This document shows, in pieces, positions 12,089 through 23,642 of a DNA stretch of 64,000 nucleotides; within the stretch, counting starts at the first letter, position 1; each line of letters opens with the position of its first letter. The notes beneath the pieces were generated by a model. That model saw nothing but the letters and a program-made list of their open reading frames with translations. It searched no databases and was not told where the DNA came from. The position numbers and the translations under genes are program-made. Location: contig OX597825.1 of assembly GCA_951406725.2 (NCBI GenBank), positions 73,966,001 to 74,030,000 on the forward strand, given 5' to 3'. Source of the stretch: Octopus vulgaris. Its lineage: Eukaryota.

Positions 12089-12607
12089 ATAAAATGCAAG
12101 GAATAAGGGTAGAAAGTTTGTAAGCCTCGATGAGTCCGTGGTAGGTATAAAAAATGACGTCCAGGACGAATAATATTTTATTGCCGTCGAAGTTCGATAA
12201 CCTGAAAAGATTTTTTATAGCGAAAGAATTCGATCAAGAACCTGAGAATTCTATAAATGTTTTTCAATAAAAGAAATTTTTTTTATAGCGCACAGCTAGC
12301 AATTTGATTTGCTAGGAATGCTATGAATGTGTTTGCTCCCAAACAATCAGTTGTTAGTGAAAGACACCGATAGAATAAGTACAAGGCTTTACAAAAAATA
12401 ACCCCGAAAATAATTAGTACTGGGCTCGATTCGTTCAACTAAAATTCTTTAAGGAGGTGCCCCAGCTTGGTCGCAGTTAACTGAAACAAGTAAAGCATAA
12501 TTATTTATATATTTAATAATTCTGCTCAGCGATTTCAAGACCAATAATCAGTTGTTAGCAACTCTGGATTAACCATTAAGCTAAATAAGCACTTGCTTAG
12601 GACATCA

Positions 12608-12898
12608 AGGGAAGGAGGGGGCACCACAGAAATGGTAAATGGTTTACGGCACCAAAGAAATCACTTTAAACTTGCTAAATTAATATTCGGGATGTATTTA
12701 TCTCTACTAAGTATAGATGAAGATGTGTTACCTAACCTCTACGCCACGCATGGAGGGAAGGAGGTTAGCACCACAGAAATGGTAAATGGTTTGCGGCACA
12801 AGAGAAATCCCTTTAAACTTGCTAAAATAATATTCGGGATGTCGTTATCTCTACTAAGTATAGATGAAGATGTGTTACCTAACCTCTACGCCACGCAC
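12608..12898. repeat. Tandem duplication, two ~147-bp units
   Basis: GCACCACAGAAATGGTAAATGGTTT..CCTAACCTCTACGCCACGCA starts at 12621 and 12768. Confidence 0.95.
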
Positions 12899-13264
12899 CT
12901 TCACTAGTAAGTGATTACAGAGCATAATTAATAAATGAATGATAAAACAACGGGAGCTGCAGAATCATATTCATTAGCATAGAGCTGTTAGTATGACAAC
13001 TTGTTGAACATGCGACCATAATGACCACAAAGTGTTTTGTTTTCGTTTTGTACACGTTTCCACCTTACATTAATAGTTCCGTTTTGTTTTATATTATTTC
13101 CAATTTCACTTATTATTGTCGTAATTACAGTTAATGTGATAATTAATTAATCCATTTGAAATATGTTTGCTAACGTGCATAAAACTCTGCCACGCCTGTC
13201 CTTTCTAATCAATTTATGTTAGAGATGACACTTGATAAATTGCTGTGTTTATAGGTTAATAGCT

Positions 13265-13278
13265 CTATCTATCTATCC

Positions 13279-13332
<54 letters not shown>

Positions 13333-13333
13333 A

Positions 13334-13421
<88 letters not shown>

Positions 13422-13579
13422 AACTTGTAGTCTGTCTTTATCTATCGATCAGTTGATCTGTCTGTCTTTCTGTCTTTTTATCTGTTTATCTGTGTTTGTC
13501 TATCTTTCTATCTATCAGTCTGTCTGTCTATCCATTCATCCAAACATCCGTCTATCTGTCTGTCTCTCTGTCAGCCTTC

Positions 13580-13667
<88 letters not shown>

Positions 13668-13673
13668 GTATCA

Positions 13674-13742
<69 letters not shown>
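13265..13742. repeat. Compound (CTAT)n/(CTGT)n microsatellite
   Basis: Directly visible. Confidence 0.95.
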
Positions 13743-13743
<1 letters not shown>

Positions 13744-14001
13744 ATTGTTTTATTTGACATTTATTACTAGTTATGTTATATAATGAATAAAACAATTCAC
13801 TAATAATGTTAGTTCAATATTTTTCTCCTGTGAAATAAAAAGTTATCAATCTGTGATTGAACATTGTAAAAAAAAAACAAGAAAAAAAAAGAAACGTGGG
13901 AAAGACTTGACCTTTCAATTTAGAAAACGATTGAAAATAACAAATGTATGAAAAAATAAATCGATTAAAAAGGGAAAAAAATGAAGAAAAGAAGAATTAA
14001 A

Positions 14002-14149
14002 AAGGCGCTGGTGTGGCTGTGTGGTAAGTAGCTTGCTTACCAACCGCATGGTTCCGTATTTCAGTCCCACTGCGTGGCACTTTAGGCAAGTCTCTTCTAC
14101 AAAGCCTTGTGAGTGGATTTGGTAGACGGAAACTGAAAGAAACCCGTTG

Positions 14150-14182
<33 letters not shown>

Positions 14183-14425
14183 GTGTATGTTTGTGTGTCT
14201 GTGTTTGTCCACCCCTCCCAACATCGTTTGACAATCGATACTGGTGTGTTTCCGTCCCCGTAACTTAGCGGTTCGGCAAAAAGAGACCGATAGAATAAGT
14301 ACTAGGCTTACAAAGAATAAGTCCTGGGGGCGATTTGCTCGACTAAAGGCGGTGCTCCAGCATGGCCACAGTCAAATGACTGAAACAAGTAAAAGAGTTA
14401 AAGAGAGAGAGAGAGTAAAGAGTAT
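14002..14425 (+). mobile_element. SINE family B, full length
   Basis: AGGCGCTGGTGTGGCTGTGTGGTAAG head, internal TA/TG tract, conserved tail. Confidence 0.9.
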
Positions 14426-14524
14426 AAAAGATTAAATCATCGAAATAAGAAGAAAAAAACCCATCTAGAATTACCTCAATAAGAAAATAAAGAGGAAATG
14501 AAAGATTGTAAGGTAGGGGTGGGA

Positions 14525-14920
14525 AATAAGAGGTTGTACACCACAATCTGAATGGTGTGTTCAGCGTGCCTCGGGGACATAAATGCAAAGGTGTTGCCGC
14601 GGAGACTGGCCATCGGCACACACTGCAAGTCACTCAACCTTATGGGTCTCATTTCTCAGATGAGTTTATTTCACATCCTGATTGTACGGAGGAAATTTGC
14701 AGTGCGGGATCCGAGAACCCCTTTAGTTTGTCATCCTTCGGGATTTTACGGGACGGACCGCGTCTCCGTATCGACCGCGTGCATCTCGTGAACGCCGTCC
14801 GTCATCGGTGGCGGCTACGTCCACGCGTCCGTGGGCCGCACCGCGAGCTTGGGTTCGTTCTTTCGATTTCGGGCACGGTACGAACTGATAGTGGCCGGTC
14901 AAACACCGGTATCTGACTGT
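14525..14920 (+). pseudogene. CpG-rich remnant, possibly the APE endonuclease of an L1/Tx1-like LINE
   Basis: LGDINAK (GD[F/W]NA-like) at ~14570, CKSL..LISQ, and a frameshifted RIDRV motif; abuts (CTT)n. Confidence 0.3.
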
Positions 14921-14949
14921 CTTCTTCTTCTTCTTCTTCTTCTTCTCCT

Positions 14950-15080
14950 CTGCATTACGGGTGACGAGAGCTGGGTTTGCGCCCGATGCAGCAAGGTTGG
15001 AGATGGAGAACATGTAGCATGTTGAATCTCACATTAGGGGTTATTCACTCAAAATTTGTTGCCTTCCAGTTTTATATTAG
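14950..15080 (+). pseudogene. Heavily deleted mariner transposase fragment
   Basis: ITGDESWV (first catalytic Asp motif) followed by GVIHSKFV..FY, resembling the mariner RG.vH.EFvp..FY block. Confidence 0.5.
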
Positions 15081-15289
15081 ACATCGCCATTTTATGTTAT
15101 GTCATACTATATAATCTCTCATTCCTTTGATTCGCATGTAACTGCTGCTGCTGATGATGAGGCAGTGGAGGTGGAGGTTGTGGTGGTGGCGGCGATGCTG
15201 GTTGGAATTGGTGGCCATGATGATGACGGTGGTGGTGGTGGTGGTGCCGGCACGGGCGGCGATGATGGTGGAATTGGTGGTGATAATGG

Positions 15290-15431
15290 CGGTGGTAGCT
15301 TGCCTCCAAACCACGCGGTTCTAGGTTCAGTCCCACTGTGTGGCACGTTGGAAAAGTGTCATCTACTATAGCCTCGGGCCGACCAAAGCCTTGTGAGCGG
15401 ATTCGGTAGATGGAAACTGAAACAAGCCTCT

Positions 15432-15491
<60 letters not shown>

Positions 15492-15532
15492 TATATACTT
15501 AACTTACATATATATATACACACAACATATAT

Positions 15533-15629
<97 letters not shown>

Positions 15630-16270
15630 GGCGTTTCAGTTAGAGAGCTATACATAAGTTGTTGATTATTATATCAGTACTGATAACAGGTCTGTTTGCA
15701 ATGATAAACGATGATTGTTGTAACTGGGGCTAACCTGAAACCATTGGATTAGAAACCGGCTTAAGAGTAGCCGGATTAAAGATAGGCAGACTACCTGTAA
15801 TTTAACATCGGCAGTAGATGTTAAGAACGATAAGTATAGGCGCAAATGTGACTGTGTTGCATTAAGTTTGTCTCCCAACCGCATGGTTCCAGGGTCAACC
15901 CTACGGCGTGGCAACTTGGCCAAGTGTCTTCTGCTCCAGCTCCGGGCCGATCAAGGATTTATGAGTGAATGTAGCTAAAGGAAACTGTGTGGAAGCTGGT
16001 TCTTGGCCAAGTGTCTTCTGTACCAGGTCTGGGTTGATCAATGACTTGTGAGTGAATGTAGTAGAGGGAAACTGTGGAAGCCTGTTGTAATACATGTCTG
16101 AGTATGTTTTTTTTTCTTTATTTCTTCCGCTTCAACCCGGTGTTGGTTTGTTTACGCCCTTGTAATTTTGTTGTTCGGCCTAAGAGATTAACAGAATAAG
16201 TACATCACTAAAAACACTTCACGGTGGGGCCCTAGCATGGTTGCTGTCCAGTGACTGAATTACGTAGAAA
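15290..16270 (+). mobile_element. Partial and old SINE B copies (~15290-15433; ~15838-16270 with an internal duplication)
   Basis: GGTTCAGTCCCACTGTGTGGCAC..GAAACTGAAA; CTTGGCCAAGTGTCTTCTG occurs twice. Confidence 0.7.
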
Positions 16271-17081
16271 ATAAAAGATATATTTTAATCCGGAAACAGT
16301 TTTTGAACCGGGTGGGGTGGGGGTAAGGAAGCCACAGGAAACGAGAGTTTAAAGCAGTTTGGCTAGAAGGCCAAGCTGACATATGAAGTCAACGATTAAA
16401 TCTATAAGTTGATATATTGATTGGAAATTATTTATGATCACCGGATCGAAGCGTCTATCCGCTGCTTTAAGGCTTAGTATTAATTAATAATCTTTCTTAA
16501 AATTCAAAGACACTGTTAGATAAATCGATCAGTCATCTGGTTTCTCGTTAAATAATGCCATTGCAGGAAATGATTACAATAACATTTGAAAAAAGAAAAG
16601 AAAAAATACCTGTGGACCTTCTTGGAGATGGCTTCTCTAAATATAGACGGATTTCATTTCAGTTTTGACCTTTGACTCAGTAGTTGACTGTGTCACGGTT
16701 AATATGATTAAAGTCTGGCATGATTCGTAGGCCGTCGAGAAAGATAAAAGTATGTGTGTTGCGTTCAGATAATATATTCTTTTATTGCTTAACTTTCTTC
16801 CTACATCACAAATAGTCGCCATATTGGAGCATGGCTTTGAAGGGTTTTGGTCAAGCATATCAACCCCAGTCAGTGTTTACTGCAGGTCCCTATTCATTAC
16901 GTTATCGATTTTTATTTAGCCAATCACTAAGTTACGCTTGGATGTTGATGAAGTCGTTGACGTGTCACACAGGTACACACAAAAATACATACGAAGATGC
17001 ACGTGTATGCACATACGTATACTAAATATATGTACGTGTATATGTATATACATATATATATATGTATATATATATACACAC

Positions 17082-17634
17082 AAAATTTAGAGGACTGACC
17101 ACTAAAAGTGGACAGCCTATATGCTACATATAGACGTCAAAATCGCCATTTTCCACGAAGAATGTGTTCTCAAGAAAAAATTTAGCAAAAAAATCAAAGT
17201 GTAAAAATAAGCAAGACCAATGAAAATATACGAAATAAAAAAACGATTACCTATGTACTAATTAGTTTCACTTGTTAATATTTACGTATATGGACCTGTA
17301 AACATCTGCAAGATCATTCGCATAGTCTGGATTTCGGTTGAGCGTACTCTATCTTGTTCTGGAAATTATGTTTTGTAAACGACAGACTATGCTGATGATC
17401 TTGTAGATGTTTACATGTCCATATACGTAAATATTAACAAGTGAAACTAATTAGTACATCGGTAATCGTTTTTTCTTCTTATTTCGTATATTTTCATTTG
17501 TCTTTCTTATTTTTGCACTTTGATTTTTTTGCTGAATTTTTTCTTGAGAACACATTCTTCGTGGTAAATGGCGATTTTGACGTCTATATCTAGCATATAG
17601 GCTGTCCAATTTTAGTGGCCAGTCTTCTAAATTT
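17082..17634. mobile_element. ~250-bp inverted repeat (17082-17329 / 17383-17634), Penelope-like pseudo-LTR pair with a hammerhead in each arm
   Basis: Arms are clear reverse complements with a 53-nt spacer; flanked by TA-rich tracts. Confidence 0.85.
17385..17462 (+). ncRNA. Hammerhead ribozyme motif with palindromic stem III
   Basis: CTATG-CTGATGA (17392-17398)-TCTTGT..ACAAGT-GAAA (17443-17446)-CTAATTAG-TA|CATCG; predicted cleavage after 17456. Confidence 0.7.
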
Positions 17635-17782
17635 TTTATGTATAAAAAATTTTTAAACTTCGGATTTTTTAAAAATATGCTAGGCCACTGGCTTTAATTG
17701 ATTAATATTAATTTCTACCCATATTTAATATTATATGTATATATATGTATATATTTAATATTATATGTATATATATATATAC

Positions 17783-17847
<65 letters not shown>

Positions 17848-17980
17848 TTATATATATTAAGTCGATTACATATGGAAACTGGTACTTATATATGAAAGGC
17901 AAATCGACCTCGGCGGAATTTGAACTCAGAATGTAACGACAGACGAAATATACGCATTTCGCCCGGCGTGCTAACGTTTC

Positions 17981-18014
<34 letters not shown>

Positions 18015-18019
18015 TATAC

Positions 18020-18403
18020 GGAGGCGCAATGGCCCAGTGGTTAGGGCAGCGGACACGCGGTCGTAGGATCGCGGTTTCGATTCCCAGACCGGGCGTTGTG
18101 AGTGTTTATTGAGCGAAAACACCTAAAGCTCCATGAGGCTCAGGCGGGGATGGTGGTGATCCCTGCTGTACTCTTTCACCACAACTTTCTCTCACTCTTA
18201 CTTCCTGTTTCTGTTGTACCTGTATTTCAAAGGGCCGGCCTTGTTACTCTCTGTGTCACGCAGAATATCACCGAGAACTACGTTAAGGTGTACACGTGTC
18301 TGTGGAATGCTCAGCCACTTACACGTTAATTTCACGAGCAGGCTGTTCCGTTGATTCGGATCAACCGGAACCCTCGTCGTCGTAACCGACGGAGTGCTTC
18401 CAT
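18020..18403 (+). mobile_element. SINE family C (tRNA-Arg-like head) with tail type 1
   Basis: GGAGGCGCAATGGCCCAGTGGTTAGGGCAGCGGAC..GGTTTCGATTCCCAG A/B boxes; near-identical copy at 49495-49880. Confidence 0.9.
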
Positions 18404-18517
18404 CCATCCATACATATACATTTATATACATATATATGTATAATATATAATATACATAAATGCATATACATATATATATGTATATATATATAATATACAT
18501 ATATATTATATATATAT

Positions 18518-18753
18518 ACTCTTTACCCTTTTACTTGTTTCAGTCATTTGACTGCGGCCATGCTGGAGCATCACCGTTAGGCGAGCAAATCGACCCCAGG
18601 ACTTATTCTTTAGAAGCCTAGTATTTATTTTATCGGTCTCTTTTGTCGAATCGCTACGTTACGGGGACGTAAACACACCAGCATCGGTTGTCAAGCGATA
18701 TTGGGGTGGCAAACACAGACACACAATCATATACACACGCATACACACACACA

Positions 18754-18799
<46 letters not shown>

Positions 18800-19237
18800 T
18801 AGGACGGGCTTCTTTCAGTTTCCAACTACCAAATCCACTCACAATGCTGTGGTTGGCCCGAGTCTATAGTAGAAGACACTTTCCTAAGGTGCCACGCAGT
18901 GGGACTGAACCCGGAACCATATGGTTGGTAAGCAAGCTACTTATCACACAGCCACTCCTGGCTGTATATATATATATATGTGTGTTCAGTAGGAGATATA
19001 TATATTTATATATATTCTTTTATTCTTTTACTTGTTTCAGTCATTCGACTGCAGCCATGCTGGAACACCGCATTGAGGGGTTATTCTTTATAGGCATTTT
19101 TCTATCGGTCATTTTTGCCGAACCGCTAGTTTACGGGGACGTTAACACACCAGCATAGGTTGTCAAGCGATAGTGGTGGGGACAAACACGGACATAAAGA
19201 CACACAAACATAAATATATAGACATATATAGACATAC

Positions 19238-19296
<59 letters not shown>

Positions 19297-19725
19297 AATA
19301 GTAAAAAGTGAAAAAACTACAGAAGGCTTGTTTTAGAAGGTTAAAAAATATATATTTGAGTCATTATCTCTGAAGAATGTTATAAATTTTTTTCATACAA
19401 AAAATTGTATGAAAAAAATTTATAACATTCTTCAGAGATAATGACTCAAATATATATTTTTTAACCTTCTAAAACAAGCCTTTTGTAGTTTTTTCACTTT
19501 TTACTATTTTCTATATATTCAACCACGTGCTTTCACACACCAAGTTTCTAACCTATATACATATATATATATATGTTTGTGTTTGTGAGTGTGTGTATGT
19601 GTGTATATATACGACAGGCTTCTTTCGGTTTCCGTCTGCCAAATCCACTTACAAGCCTTTGGTCGGCGCGAGGCTATAGTAGAAGACACTTGTCCAAGGT
19701 GCGAAACAGTGGAGCTAAACCCGGG
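18518..19725 (-). mobile_element. Two SINE B copies (~18518-18960; ~19022-19725, split at its internal TA tract by a palindrome)
   Basis: Reverse-complement B tails at 18520 and 19022, heads at ~18800-18960 and ~19610-19725. Confidence 0.85.
19291..19514. repeat. Near-perfect palindrome, 110-bp arms with a 4-nt loop
   Basis: Arms 19291-19400 / 19405-19514, loop AAAA, a single G/T mismatch at 19322/19483. Confidence 0.95.
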
Positions 19726-20290
19726 GTGTTGGCACACCTTTATTAATCCTCCTCTGATACCTGGTAGTTGGTCAATGAGAGAATTGATGCCGCTGTTTCA
19801 TCCCAACTTCCTACCGAGAAGTTGGCTTATCTGGAACTCTTAGCAGTTTAATTTTTCGAGACATCTATATCCATTCCATGCTACTCAGCAGGGCCTTTTA
19901 AGACGGTGGATATATCATTTGATATTTACTCAGTTCGTATTTCTAATGATTACGTAGAAGCATTCTGCATGAACTTAATGGTGTCCTTATGTGATCTTTC
20001 TCCAGTACAACAAATTTGCTCTCCCAATATCTCAATATTTGTGCTCTCGTTAACTTCAAGTGCTTATAGTTTATTTATTCTTATACTTAAACTTGACTGG
20101 ACTAAATCTCGTCTAGAATTATTGTCATACTAACAATCGGTATTAGTAGAATCAAAGAAACTAACATTTTTAAAATTCTTTTTGTATCCTTTGCTGATTA
20201 TATATCTTGTTTTTTTTCCTCCTTTGATCTGTTATCTTGATTTAAATCAATGATAATTTGTGTTGCGTAGCTTCTGTAAATAAGTTGAAA

Positions 20291-20670
20291 TCAACAACAA
20301 TAACAACAGCACCACCATCACCACCGCCACCACCACCACTACCATAACCACCACCACCACCACCACTACCACCACCACCACCACTACCACAACCACTACC
20401 ATCACCACCACCACTACCACAACCACCACCAACAACAACAACAGCAACAACAGCACCACCATCACCACCACCACCACCACCACCACCACTACCACAACCA
20501 CCACCACCACCACCACCACCACCACCACCACCACCACCACCACCACCACCACCACCACCACCACCACCACCACCACCAACACCACCACCACACAACAAAA
20601 CAACAAAAACAACAACAACAACAACGTCAACAATAACAACCACGACAGCGACAAAAACGATAATCAACAG
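20291..20670. repeat. Compound (CAC)n/(CAA)n microsatellite
   Basis: Directly visible. Confidence 0.95.
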
Positions 20671-20745
20671 CTAAAATTACAGATTGTCTCGCGACGTAAA
20701 CAAATAAATAACGCTTGTTTTCATTGACAAAACATGAACACACAC

Positions 20746-20912
20746 ACGCTGGTCAAACGCTGGATAAACGCTGGACAAACGCTGGGCAAACACTGGACAT
20801 ACGCTGGACAAACGCTGAGCAAACGCTGAGCAAACGCTGGACATACGCTGGACAAACGCTGCACATACGCTGGGCAAACGTTGGACATATGCTGGACATA
20901 TGCTGGACAAAC
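20746..20912. repeat. 11-bp minisatellite (ACGCTGGACAA), ~15 copies
   Basis: ACGCTGGTCAA ACGCTGGATAA ACGCTGGACAA ACGCTGGGCAA.. Confidence 0.95.
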
Positions 20913-21275
20913 ACTCAGAGAACTCAAACCTCCCCTAAAGCAACACCAATGTCCTCTCAACGATTTGCCAGAGATCATTTTTAAAATGAGAATATCTGAA
21001 ATAAACTCAGCTGCTTTCACAAGCGAGAATACTAAAAATTAACCCGACCGCTCTCGAAAGTTAAGTACAAAAACAGGAAAAATAATCCAGAATCCTTGTC
21101 TGGTATCGAATCGATCCCAAAATCTAATCAGTTCGGGCCAGTCACAATGCGAAGCATCCCTGAAAGTTTCATCTGAATCCATCTAGCGCTTCTTGAGATA
21201 TCTTGACCACGGACAAACAAACAAACAAACACGACTGAAAACAATACCTCCGACTTCGCCGATGCAGAGCTAATA
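20911..21275. mobile_element. Non-autonomous Helentron/DINE-1-type element (HINE-like)
   Basis: Begins ACTCAGAGAACTCAAACCTCCCCTAAAGC; internal AAAGTTTCATCTGAATCCATC..TTGAGATAT; (CAAA)n tract; ends ACCTCCGAC..GCAGAGCTAATAATAA, a decayed subterminal-repeat/hairpin layout. Confidence 0.55.
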
Positions 21276-21285
21276 ATAAAAACAT

Positions 21286-21617
21286 TAATATGAGAAGTAT
21301 AGAAAAGATAGCAAAGTATCAGGACCTAGCTATTGGAATAGAGAGACTATGGAAAATGCGGGTGGAATGTATCCCAGTAGTTTATAGGGAACTAAAGATC
21401 TGAACAGATGGATAAAAGAAATAGGCATAAAACCCAGTTTAATACAGCTCAAGAAAATAGTGTTATTAGGGACAGCTAGGATACTTAAGAGGGTTCTTAG
21501 CATTTAAGGTTCCTTGTTGTAGCCCGATAGGAGGGTTCTTGGTATCTAAGGTTAATTGTTGTAGCCCGATGTTAGGATTTTTTCGTTTCCAACAGTGTAA
21601 TCTGTTGAGTGTATATG

Positions 21618-21618
<1 letters not shown>
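21286..21618 (+). pseudogene. R4/Dong non-LTR retrotransposon 3' fragment running into (TAA)n
   Basis: IEKIAKYQDLAIGIERLWKM..IPVV..QLKKIVLLGTARILKRVL (RLE C-terminus); 3' UTR matches 38303-38400. Confidence 0.85.
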
Positions 21619-21687
<69 letters not shown>

Positions 21688-21767
21688 CAATGTATACTAT
21701 GAGTTTCTTTGCCCTAGGAGTCGGGAAGACACTCGGCAAGAAATGGAAGCAAATTTGAAAGAAGAAG

Positions 21768-21810
<43 letters not shown>

Positions 21811-21812
<2 letters not shown>

Positions 21813-21985
21813 TTTCTCTTGATGCCTTCTGATACTGTTCCCAAGGACCCAACAATAATTGGCACTATATTCACTTTCTTCATTTTCCCCAGCTGGGCTA
21901 TTTTGTACTTAAGAGGGTTGTATCTATCTTTTCGCCTTCCTTCTTGACTATTCGTGGGTCAAAGGGGGAATGCAACGTCAACTAT
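21811..21985 (-). pseudogene. Second R4/Dong subfamily RLE fragment
   Basis: DVA.PFDPRIVKKE..YNPLKYKIAQL..MKKVNIVPIIVGSLGT; homologous to 37870-38136. Confidence 0.8.
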
Positions 21986-22149
21986 ATAGCATATGTGGTG
22001 CACCTTGTCCACCACCACTAGGTCCGGTTTGTTATGCTCTAGCACATCCTACGCAAAGTACTTTCTATGTAATCTCAAGGTTTAAAACAAACAATTTTAA
22101 TTTAAAAAAAAATTTTTTTTATTTATTTATTAGATATTCACTAGTACAA

Positions 22150-22282
22150 CACCAACCAATCCCCTCAAATATATGGCACACTAGGCATAACAACAACGTG
22201 AACTTCCAACCTGTTGTCTCTTGAGGTCTCTGGGTGAGACTTGGAGCCAACTTGTACAAACATAAAGCAAAAGTCAAACATA

Positions 22283-22285
<3 letters not shown>
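22150..22285 (+). mobile_element. Probable 3' end of a further non-LTR family followed by (TAA)n
   Basis: TGTCTCTTGAGGTCTCTGGGTGAGACTTGGAGCC..AAACATAGAATAATAATAA tail architecture. Confidence 0.45.
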
Positions 22286-22332
<47 letters not shown>

Positions 22333-22359
22333 GTAGTTGAAGTAGTAGTAGTAGTAGTA

Positions 22360-22416
<57 letters not shown>

Positions 22417-22914
22417 GTAGTAATAAGGTATTTTGAGATTATCGATATGCTGCATTCAAGGTGCATTTATCGATGTATTGATTAAGGCATGTATTAATGG
22501 CTGGAATAATGTATAGAAAGAAAATAAATAAAAGAATGCACACAGATAAAAAGAAAAATGCAAATATGGGAGTCTCAAAGACACGCAAGATTACTCGTAT
22601 GGGCGGAAGTTAAATCAGGGTTCATTTTGACGAAGTTGTCATCGTACGAAAAAAAAAAAAGCAAAAAAAAAAAGAAACAAAACAAAACCAAACTAAAAAC
22701 AAACAAAATATAGATTGGCCTCCTAAAGAAACATCTCTTGGGTTATTTCCAAAAACAAACAAATTTACTATTTACTTCTTTTATTGTCTTATTTAAGAAG
22801 TTGAATTCATTTAACGTTAGAATTGCGTCTCGACCCGCCAGATAGTTGGCAACATCAACACATATATGTTTTGATTGCTGAAATATACTTAAAAACTCAC
22901 ACTTCAACAGCTCT

Positions 22915-22959
22915 TATTGGCATTATCATTGCTGTTATTCTTAGTGTTTTTGTTGTTGC

Positions 22960-23014
<55 letters not shown>

Positions 23015-23114
23015 TTTATTATTTTTATTATTATCATTATTATTATTACTACTACTATTATTACTATTATTATTATTATTACTATTATTATTATTATTAT
23101 TATTACTATTATTA

Positions 23115-23148
<34 letters not shown>

Positions 23149-23255
23149 CATTATTATTATCATTATTATTATTGTTTTTATTATCATTATTATTATTATT
23201 ATTATTATTGTTGTTGTTGTTGCTAGCGTCATGATAGTGATGATGATGATGATTG
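22915..23255. repeat. Compound (ATT)n microsatellite
   Basis: Directly visible. Confidence 0.95.
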
Positions 23256-23530
23256 TTTGGTTGGCGACGAGAAGTTAATCTTCTCTTACATGTTTCTACA
23301 TCAACAAAACCAATGTTAGCATCCACACTCACCCACATTTTGTTTATGCACACACATGCACACGTGAATGCATATGTGTGTAAGTGTGTGTGTAAGTGTG
23401 TGTGTGTGTGTGTATGTATCTGCGCATTTATATATATTCACATATAAATGTGTATAATGTATGCATGTACATTAAATATGCATACACATACACATACACA
23501 CACATATATATGTATGTCTATATCTATATA

Positions 23531-23577
<47 letters not shown>

Positions 23578-23606
23578 CTATATATACTTACATATATATA
23601 TGTATG

Positions 23607-23642
<36 letters not shown>

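Noticed and set aside
12125-12185. Hammerhead-like CTCGATGA-GTCC..GGAC-GAAT
   Set aside because: Stem II is plausible but both core boxes are altered and no stem I or III partner was found.
18020-18092. tRNA genes at SINE heads (also 48870, 49495, 57561, 57901)
   Set aside because: A/B boxes present but acceptor stems are not intact and they run into SINE bodies; these are tRNA-derived heads.
20242-20667. Gly-rich ORF resembling a structural protein
   Set aside because: (GGT)n microsatellite, equally open as poly-Val; no splice or domain evidence.
20746-20912. CRISPR-like array
   Set aside because: Contiguous 11-bp units without unique spacers, eukaryotic context, no cas genes.
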